Assembly (NCBI RefSeq): GCF_000981445.1
Contig: NC_027217.1
Span: forward strand, 1-64,000
Length of the DNA: 64,000 bases
Direction of reading: 5' to 3'
From: Babesia bigemina
Taxonomy: Eukaryota
The notes under the pieces were generated by a model that was not told the DNA's origin, did no database searches, and was given only the letters and a program-made list of their open reading frames with translations. Below are positions 1-7,900 of the stretch, piece by piece. Each line of letters opens with the position of its first letter. The first letter of the stretch is position 1. A program made the translations under genes and the position numbers.

Positions 1-596
1 TATCCACTCCACATCGCCCCTTTACCCACTCCACATCGCCTTATTATCCACTCTACATCGCTCCCTAACCCACTCTACATCGCCCCTTAACCCACCTTAC
101 ATCGCCCCTTTACCCACTCCACATCGCCCCTTTACCCACTCTACATCGCTCCCTTATCCACCCTACATCGCTCCTTAACCCACTCTACATCGCTCCTCTA
201 TCCACTCTACATCGCTCCCTAACCCACTCTACATCGCTCCTGAATCCACTCCACATCGCTCCCTAACCCACTCTACATCGCCCCTTTACCCACTCTACAT
301 CGCTCCCTAACCCACTCTACATCGCCCCTCTATCCACTCTACATCGCCCCTTTATCAACTCCACATCGCTCCCTAACCCACTCTACATCGCTCCCTAACC
401 CACTCTACATCGCTCCCTAACCCACTCTACATCGCCCCTTATCCACTCCACATCGCCCCTTTGACCACTCTACATCGCCCCTTAACCCACTCTACATCGC
501 TCCCTAACCCACTCTACATCGCTCCCTAACCCACTCTACATCGCCCCTTTACCCACTCTACATCGCTCCTTTATCCACTCTACATCGCTCCTTTAC
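1..596. repeat. 21-22 bp tandem array (consensus about ACCCACTCTACATCGCYCCTTT / CCCTAACCC variants), runs off the window start
   Basis: Directly visible tandem units; the same array precedes every + strand ves-like gene. Confidence 0.97.
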
Positions 597-630
597 TTCC
601 TCCAAGCCGAAAAAAAGAAGCTTTCTTGCC
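579..630 (+). pseudogene. 5' fragment of ves-like gene 1, separated from its body by the retrotransposon (STSLLYFLQAEKKKLSC)
   Basis: Removing 631-4972 joins this segment in frame to PFKYSDKETTCQ of the 4963-10890 ORF. Confidence 0.8.
620..630 (+). repeat. Left target-site duplication GCTTTCTTGCC
   Basis: Identical 11-mer at 4962-4972 on the other side of the RT ORF. Confidence 0.9.
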
Positions 631-3600
631 TTGTTAAATTAAATTGTTAAATTAAGTTATCTCATCTTATAGTGTGCTATGTGGCTACGTGCCTAGGGCC
701 GGTTTTCGTGTTTGCGGGGCTAACGCCTCACGCTGAAACCGGTTGCGGGATCCACGCCGGTCCATTGCCGGACGTCACTGGTGCCATCCATGCGGGCATC
801 CATCCAGTTTGGGCTTGAGGGTCTTCTACGGAATCGTAGTCTTCTTTCGGCTTCATATCCCTCATCACTATTTTATGTGTTTCTTGGATCACTACCCTTT
901 GTATGTGGGCTTCCATGCGATCCGATATGCCCAGGTCCCGTCTATACTTGCTGTGTTCTTTCGTCACTATTCCCTCCCACGTCATAACGTAGGGGATAAC
1001 CCTGATCTTGGTGTGCTGGTTAAACTGTCGCGCCTTGAGGTCCTCAATAAGGTCTTCATACTTCTGCTTCTTGAACTTCTCCGTATCCACTAGGTTGTCT
1101 TGATTGGTGATTCCTATCTCCACGATGGTTATGGTGTTCCTCCGCCGATCCGCCAGGATGATGTCTGGCCTGTTGTATTCCTTAGTCTTCTGAGTCTTGA
1201 CCGTCTTGTCGTACGCGATCCATCCGTATTTTCCATGTACTTCACTCTCGATCTTGTGGGCGTCTATCTTCTCCTTGGGTAGTCCTATTTGCCTCCCGAG
1301 TACTGAGTGGACCCGTTTTGCTACCTCGTTGTGCCTCTTCGTATATTCTAGGTGTAGTAGTTTCTGGCACTTCGTCGCGAGGTGATCCACGTTCTTGCCG
1401 TTGTTGCATCTTGTGCATTTCTTGGACGAAGACATCCATTGCAGATTCCTATCCTGGACTTCCGCTACGTTCGCTTCTTCTTCCGGAGTGAGTATTCCAC
1501 ACGTCAGGTACAAGGACGACGCCTCAATGTCCAGCTTGGGGTCCTCACGCTTGGCATACAGAACCTTATGAGTTGATTTTACGTGCATTCTGTTGTACAG
1601 CCATTTGTTTTGGGCCACCCTGAGGTCCCTGAGGCTCTTGTCCGTAGTGTCCTCCATTCCGAATTCCATTCCATATCTTCCTTCCAGGTGCATCTTGATG
1701 TGAGATATGTGCGCGTATGTGTCGCGAAAATGCTGCATGATCGCAGCTCTCCTGGTTGACGTCACCTCGTCTGCTGAAAGCGTCAACCACAGTCGTAGCA
1801 GCATGGCTTCCGCTCTAAATACCATGCTGTGGAGCCCTCTCCCCATCTCTTTCCGGGGGAGGTAGAGCCTCTGTGTGTTCGCCCACTTCTTGTGTCCGTG
1901 CTTCGCGTTAATTATTCTCCGTACTGCCAGGTCGATCTTGTCGAAATGCGTGATGTCCATAGGGATCACGCCGATGTAGTAGTTGATGACGCTGAGGGCG
2001 TACTGGTTGATGGCCATCGAGAGGTTTTTCCCCGACAGCTTTGACGCAGCCAGTAGCTCCGTTCTCCTGCATATCTCCTGTAGTATTATGTCGAACATTC
2101 CGTCGCTTGTCAGTGAGTTTGAAGTCTCTGTGACTCCCAAGTACTTGTACGTTTCCGGGCCTTCCATCTGCTTGGCGATGCTGGCGCACGCCTCCGTGTT
2201 GGTTGCCGACTTGTCGCGGTTGATCCTGAGTCCTATGTCGTTGAAGAACTTCTCCACTTCTCGGCCCATTCCTCTCATCGTACTTTCCTCGTGGGCGAAG
2301 AACTTGAGGTCGTCAATATAGAGAAAGTGGTTTGTGGCGAATATCCTGCCGCCGGTCACGCTTAACTCCACCTTGGGGAAGATGCGAGTCAGGTGCCTGC
2401 TCAGCGGGTCCAAGCACAGCACGAAGAGAAGGGGCGATAGGCTGTCGCCTTGGAGAATGCCCCTCTCCACTTTCTTGTGCATGATTGTGTTCTTGTTCCA
2501 CCGTATCTCTATATTCCACCTCTTGATCGTCTGCTTGATGAAGTTTGATAACCACCCTGGTAGGTTAAGGTTGTCGATAACCCTTGCCAGGTACGCGTGG
2601 TCGATTGAGTCGTACGCCTTCATGACGTCGACCCACGTTGCAAGTAACTTCCCCTTGTGCTTCTCGTTGAGCGCGATGTTCGCTAACGCGTGCTCCTTTG
2701 CACCCTGTACGTTGCTCCTCGTGCCCATCTGGTTCTCGGACCGTAGTCCCCTGCCATCGACTTCTCGCTTAAGCGTCTCCGTGGCACAACGGGTAGTTAG
2801 CTTGTATAGGTTGGACATGCAAGTGATCGGCCTGTACTGTGCGGCGGACTTTGGTTTCTTGTTCTTCGGTAGTAGGTACGTGATCCCACAGTAGAACCAG
2901 TCGTCCTGCACTTTGCCTTGCTGGCATGCCTCCTCTACTAGCCTGTAAATGACTCTGTGAAGGGACGTGAGCCATTTAATGTAGTAGTTGTAGATCCCAT
3001 CCGCACCGGGCGACTTCCAGTCTCGCAATTTCTTGACGATCGTGACGAATTCCTCGTATGTGGGAAAGCCTGCCTTGTTCTCTGCCGGTGGTCTTTCGAC
3101 CAGATATCCTTCACCGTTGTGCGGTGCGTTTGGCTTCACCCACATTTGCGCCCAGTACTCTATCATCATCCCCTCGTTTATCGCCGACTCGTCCGCGTCC
3201 TGCTTGTTCTCCAGTGTCCTGTAGAAGTGTCCCGTGTAGAGCTCGAACATGCGGTTGTCGTTGTACAACTCCTTCTTGAACTTGGCGTTCTTGAGTTTGT
3301 CCTGCTCCTTTTGGAGCTCCTCTTGAGTCCTGCTGATCACGTATGACAGTTCCTGCGGCTTGTCCGCGATCATGTTGTACTTGTCCATTTGGCGATAAAC
3401 GCGTTTCCTATCCTCCTTCTCCAGGGGGACCTTCTGCTTGTATTTCAGAAGTAATGCTCCTATCTCCTCCAGCTCCTTGATCCTCCTCTCAGCTGCCTCC
3501 TTCTTTCCCGAGGACGACGATGGTTTTGCGCTGTACTTGTCGTAGCAGTCCTGTGCCGTCTGATACAAGACGGCTAGCATCCCCATGTCAGTGACTGGGT

Positions 3601-4961
3601 TGTGCTTCACGTAGTTGTGGACCACTAGATCCAGCGACCTTATCGCCGTGAAGTCGAGGGAGTCCATGGTGTGTCTTTTGTTCTTTACTGTCCTAATCAC
3701 ACCAGGCTCCCTCAACCTCTGTGCCATGATCCGGTCGAAATCCTCCTGCAGGGCGTTGTATGAGTCGACGTCGTGCAGCGATGCTATTTCTCCAACGTCC
3801 GTCGGTTGGCTCCGCGCTGCTTTGGCGACTACCTGTCTTGCCATCTGCTCCACCTCCTTGTGGGTCTTGTGGAATTCGAAATGCTCGTTGGCATATTCCG
3901 CGAGGACTTTCCATCCTCCTCGTGGCATCCTCTGATACTTCGTCACTACTGCCTTGTAGACGTCCGGTACCCAATGACACCATGGTCCATCGATCTGACG
4001 CATGACACAGTGCAGGAACTGTAACTTGGCATTCAGCCTAGCGTAGTTCGGCGGCATTTGTGGCGTGTTCCCGGCCCGTTCAGCCTGCGGGGCGTGCCCT
4101 TCGGGTGCCCTCGGCAACGCAGCCGTCTCAGTGAGCGCCACCTCACTGGCGGTGCCCGGTGCTATACTGTTGTTTGATTCTCTCACAGGCCCGACTTGCT
4201 CAGGTTCCTCTTCGTCCACGTCCATAAAGTCATCCGACGATATGGAATACACGGTCGGAGAGCGGCAGCCACCGTTTCCGACAACCTCCCCTGCCGGTGG
4301 CTGCAGGGTAGACAGTGTCTGCACACACACGGGTGCGCGTTCCGAGGAACTCGGCCCGGCGTTGCAAACCACGACAGGCGGCGTTTGAGCCGTGTTTCCT
4401 GTCTTTTTGGCCTTCCGGTTGTTACCCTTTTGGCCCTGGGGACCGCCGTTCCGCGCTTTGTTTCCAGCGCCCTTCACAGCCGGAGTGGTTCCGGGCTGGT
4501 GTCGTTTCCGGCTTGCCTGCGGGATTGGCCGGCTTTCGCCGCCACGGCCGGCCCCCTTCGAATTTGTGGGTTTACCTTTAGGGCCCTGAACACCGCTTTG
4601 TACCGGTTTTCTGGATTCATGCCGCCTTTCGGGTTGCCGACACTCTCGGCGCCCCACGGTGGCAAGCGGAGCATCGATGTCCATCCCATCGGGGACGTCC
4701 ACGTCAATAACCATGAGGTCTCCGTCCTCATCGATTTGACTGCTCAGCTGCACTTCTTGTGAGCTCTCCATTGGTACCTTGTTCGTCTATCCAGCGCGCC
4801 TGTGTGGCCGCCTTTCGCCTCGCGATGTTGCCGCTTTAATTCCACACTTTTGGCCTTCAATACACCCCCCAGTGACATCGGAAAAATTTCCTTTCTGTGA
4901 TAAACCCGAGAAAACACGTTTCTCAAAGTTTCCCCCAAAATCACAGAAGATTCCAACTCCC
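631..4961 (-). mobile_element. Full-length non-LTR retrotransposon of the restriction-like endonuclease (R4/NeSL/R2-related) group, about 4.33 kb
   Basis: Single intact RT-RLE ORF, 190 nt 5' UTR, 97 nt 3' UTR ending in a short AT-rich tandem repeat, flanked by an 11-bp TSD, visibly more GC-rich than the adjacent ves sequence. Confidence 0.93.
728..4771 (-). CDS. Retrotransposon protein: reverse transcriptase, CCHC zinc knuckle and PD-(D/E)xK endonuclease (1347 aa)
   Basis: WKSPGADGI, YRPITCMSNLYK, DVMKAYDSIDH, GILQGDSLSPLLF, YIDD, YKYLG, RLYLPRKEMGRGL, CTRC-x7-H-x4-C, RHNEV, RPDII...VEIGI...KKQKY; true ATG at 4771. Confidence 0.96.
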   Translation of the reverse strand: MESSQEVQLSSQIDEDGDLMVIDVDVPDGMDIDAPLATVGRRECRQPERRHESRKPVQSGVQGPKGKPTNSKGAGRGGESRPIPQASRKRHQPGTTPAVKGAGNKARNGGPQGQKGNNRKAKKTGNTAQTPPVVVCNAGPSSSERAPVCVQTLSTLQPPAGEVVGNGGCRSPTVYSISSDDFMDVDEEEPEQVGPVRESNNSIAPGTASEVALTETAALPRAPEGHAPQAERAGNTPQMPPNYARLNAKLQFLHCVMRQIDGPWCHWVPDVYKAVVTKYQRMPRGGWKVLAEYANEHFEFHKTHKEVEQMARQVVAKAARSQPTDVGEIASLHDVDSYNALQEDFDRIMAQRLREPGVIRTVKNKRHTMDSLDFTAIRSLDLVVHNYVKHNPVTDMGMLAVLYQTAQDCYDKYSAKPSSSSGKKEAAERRIKELEEIGALLLKYKQKVPLEKEDRKRVYRQMDKYNMIADKPQELSYVISRTQEELQKEQDKLKNAKFKKELYNDNRMFELYTGHFYRTLENKQDADESAINEGMMIEYWAQMWVKPNAPHNGEGYLVERPPAENKAGFPTYEEFVTIVKKLRDWKSPGADGIYNYYIKWLTSLHRVIYRLVEEACQQGKVQDDWFYCGITYLLPKNKKPKSAAQYRPITCMSNLYKLTTRCATETLKREVDGRGLRSENQMGTRSNVQGAKEHALANIALNEKHKGKLLATWVDVMKAYDSIDHAYLARVIDNLNLPGWLSNFIKQTIKRWNIEIRWNKNTIMHKKVERGILQGDSLSPLLFVLCLDPLSRHLTRIFPKVELSVTGGRIFATNHFLYIDDLKFFAHEESTMRGMGREVEKFFNDIGLRINRDKSATNTEACASIAKQMEGPETYKYLGVTETSNSLTSDGMFDIILQEICRRTELLAASKLSGKNLSMAINQYALSVINYYIGVIPMDITHFDKIDLAVRRIINAKHGHKKWANTQRLYLPRKEMGRGLHSMVFRAEAMLLRLWLTLSADEVTSTRRAAIMQHFRDTYAHISHIKMHLEGRYGMEFGMEDTTDKSLRDLRVAQNKWLYNRMHVKSTHKVLYAKREDPKLDIEASSLYLTCGILTPEEEANVAEVQDRNLQWMSSSKKCTRCNNGKNVDHLATKCQKLLHLEYTKRHNEVAKRVHSVLGRQIGLPKEKIDAHKIESEVHGKYGWIAYDKTVKTQKTKEYNRPDIILADRRRNTITIVEIGITNQDNLVDTEKFKKQKYEDLIEDLKARQFNQHTKIRVIPYVMTWEGIVTKEHSKYRRDLGISDRMEAHIQRVVIQETHKIVMRDMKPKEDYDSVEDPQAQTGWMPAWMAPVTSGNGPAWIPQPVSA

Positions 4962-4972
4962 GCTTTCTTGCC
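4962..4972 (+). repeat. Right target-site duplication GCTTTCTTGCC
   Basis: Identical to 620-630. Confidence 0.9.
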
Positions 4973-7900
4973 CCTTCAAATACTCTGATAAGGAGACTAC
5001 TTGCCAGTTCTACCAGAGACTACGTGATGAGTCTAAAAATAAACCTGAAAAATCTGGTGAACTCACTGAACAAGAAAAAAAACTCTATTTAAATTTTAGC
5101 ATTAATAATGATTCTCTAGAAAAGTGTAAAGAAAAGCACGCTAAATATCCCAAGTCCCAGGCTCTTAAGTCTGTTGAAGAGAAGATTGTCCAGCTTGGTG
5201 AATTGGCTGGGCAGCTTGGAAGATTTGTTGGTGAGAGTGAGAGTGTTAAGAAAGCCGTTGAGAATGCTATTAAAGCTGTAATTAACAGTAATGAAGAGCT
5301 TAAAAATGAATACTCTTCTCTTGTTACTACCCTTTCTGAGTCTGTCAACTCTGCTGGCAAGGCTGATGACACCGGTGTAATTGAGAAGCTTAGTGAAGCA
5401 GTTAAGAAAGAAATTGTTGAAATCAGTGCAGAAATTCAGCAACTTAAACAGCCTAAAAAGCTTTATAATAATCCTTCTACTTCCCCCTCTGCCTCTGCTG
5501 ACTCAGCCAAATTGCAGTCCAAGTTGGACGCATTGGAGAAAGTGGAGAAGCTTTGTGGATTTTATGAGAATGTTAGTAAGTCGCCAAATGATCCTAAAAA
5601 TCTTTTAGATAATTTATGTGACGGCCTCGAAAAATTCCTCGGCTTCAACAAAGATTCCAAAGGCTACACTGGCCAGGGCATTGTGTACTCCGACCTGGAC
5701 AGGCTGTGTGACGCGGTGATGGGATTTTTGAGTGGTTTTCTCAGTAACATCCACAAGCATTTAGGGCAGCATAAAGGAGAAATTACAGAAGCTATTAAGT
5801 CACTTGAGCAAAATAAACACGCCGGTAAAAACGGTTTTAATGCTGCGATTGCGGAGGTGGTTAAAGGGGTGCGGGGGTATAATAAGGCAGTGGAGCAGTC
5901 TAATAAAAAGGTGAGTGAACCGATGACTCTCATACTTTCGCAGGTTGATGAAGAGTTCAAGAGAAGTGTAGCTGACATATTCCCGGAAAAAACGCTCTCA
6001 GCCGCCAAGAACGCCGACGTTTTCAATGCTGTAGACCAGATTAACGAGAAGCTTAGACATTGCCACCTGAGTGCTGAGAAATTTAATGGCACTTTTAATT
6101 TTGATAAACACAATAAAACGATATTAAATGCTGTCAATGACCTAAATCCTAATTTAGTTATTAGAGTTAAGAATTCACTTAGCAATGTTAAGCATGAGAG
6201 CGAGCGGCTTAAGGCCTTGTCAGGGAAGGAGAAGAGCGATTTGCGTGATATTTTGCATCACATTAGAGACATTTTGAGAGAGTGTGCCAGCTGTGTAAAT
6301 GTGAAAATTAAGAAGGATGTTGAAAAGCTTGCCGATTATTTGAAAGAAAAAGTTGAAGAAATTCTGAAATCACTCGAAAGAATGAGAAGGAAATTGACAG
6401 ATCATATTATGGAGCTAGGACGATGGTTTGAAACAGCGAACTCCATCATTAAGGTTGCGGAAAACAAGATTGCATTGCTATTGCAAGAAGCGGAGGGGTC
6501 GAATAAGAATCAGATTGAGACCGCTGCTGTCCTCATACGAGAGGAAGCCTCAGAGCTGTTTAAACGGTTCGAAAATTTGAATGCAAAATATTACGGCGTA
6601 TTCAAACTGATCAAAGGAGAAAACGGGAAAGCTGACACCGACGGTGTTTTGAAAAAGATTAAGGAGCTTCCAGATCAGGTTAAGAGAGGCGTTTGGGGGT
6701 ATAAATGGGATGACATGAAAATCGATCCTGTTTTGCAAGGGGCAATAGACGGGCTCAAAAATCAAATTAAATTAAATATTGAAGCATACGTTAAGGGTGA
6801 ATTACCAAGTGAGCTGCAGTTGACGCTTACGAAGCTTACTGATAAAATCGCTAAACGGGATGATGTAAGAATTAAAACACTCGGACACCTTGATGAAGTG
6901 GTAAAAAATCTAGGAACTTACGCTCAGGATTTTCCGAATACATTCAAAGTGAAGCTTACGCAAATGGTCAGAGGCATTGTGGATGCCGAAGCTGTAATGT
7001 ATTGGCTTGATGCGTATGTTAGGGGGAACACTGCTAGTGGAAATAGATTTACTGGGAGTATCGGGCTTAGCCAAAACGCCGATATAATCCTTCCCAACGT
7101 AACTAAAATAGTTGTCGATGAGGTAAACGCCAAGCTGATTTCAGTCAGCGGCAAAGAACCAACAGGTACACAAAAGACTGTGGATGGCAATTTGCTGGAA
7201 ATTCATACATTCGTCGGTACCTACGCTGGTCAGGTGATGAATCAACTCGAAAGCACAGTGTCTGCAATTGAGGGCAAGCTGCAGGAGAATCAAGATTTAC
7301 GTATGAACGATCCGTCTTCCTCCACGTACCAGTACTATCTCAAGCACGCAGTGACAACCATACTCACCGCAGTGCGATCTGCCGCTAACGGAGCAAAAGA
7401 CGATGTGGAGATATTTATGTCAATGTCCAACATCGCAGAAAAATTACAGAAGGCAATACGAGATGTCAAAAATCTTGGCAGTAATATGAAGGATGCTGTA
7501 TACCAGAGTAGTTCGGGACAACTCGGCACTCTTGGGCAGTCGATCAAAGGTGATGTGGGCACTGCAGCCACTAACAATGAAGTGGAGAAGCAACTCGAGA
7601 CGCTGCTCAAAACAATGGGAGAGAAAGCAGTCGCTAAGCTTCAAAGTGAGCTCAAAGCCCCCGTAATCGACAAACTTGAAGGAATTAGAAATGATGTTGA
7701 CGATCTCGTCAATGCTGCAAATAAATCGCAATCTGCGCTGTTCAACAAAGCCCAGGAAGTCACCTCCCATGTTGCTTCTCTGTGCCACGCTATCAAACAG
7801 GCGGCGGGAGATCTAGATCCAGATGGTTTAAAAAACAAACTAAAAGATTTGACGAATCTTATCAATACGAATACAGCGGAAATTAACGGTAAGACATATA

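Noticed and set aside
1..596. True telomere at the window start
   Set aside because: CCCTAA is embedded in a 22-bp unit that recurs internally five more times
743..4762. Plus-strand ORFs overlapping the RT gene, and the many short antisense ORFs within ves genes
   Set aside because: Shadow frames of long coding sequences with no recognisable motifs
4897..4962. N-terminal 22 codons of the 1997-aa ORF
   Set aside because: The GTG start lies within the retrotransposon 5' UTR; this is read-through, not ves sequence
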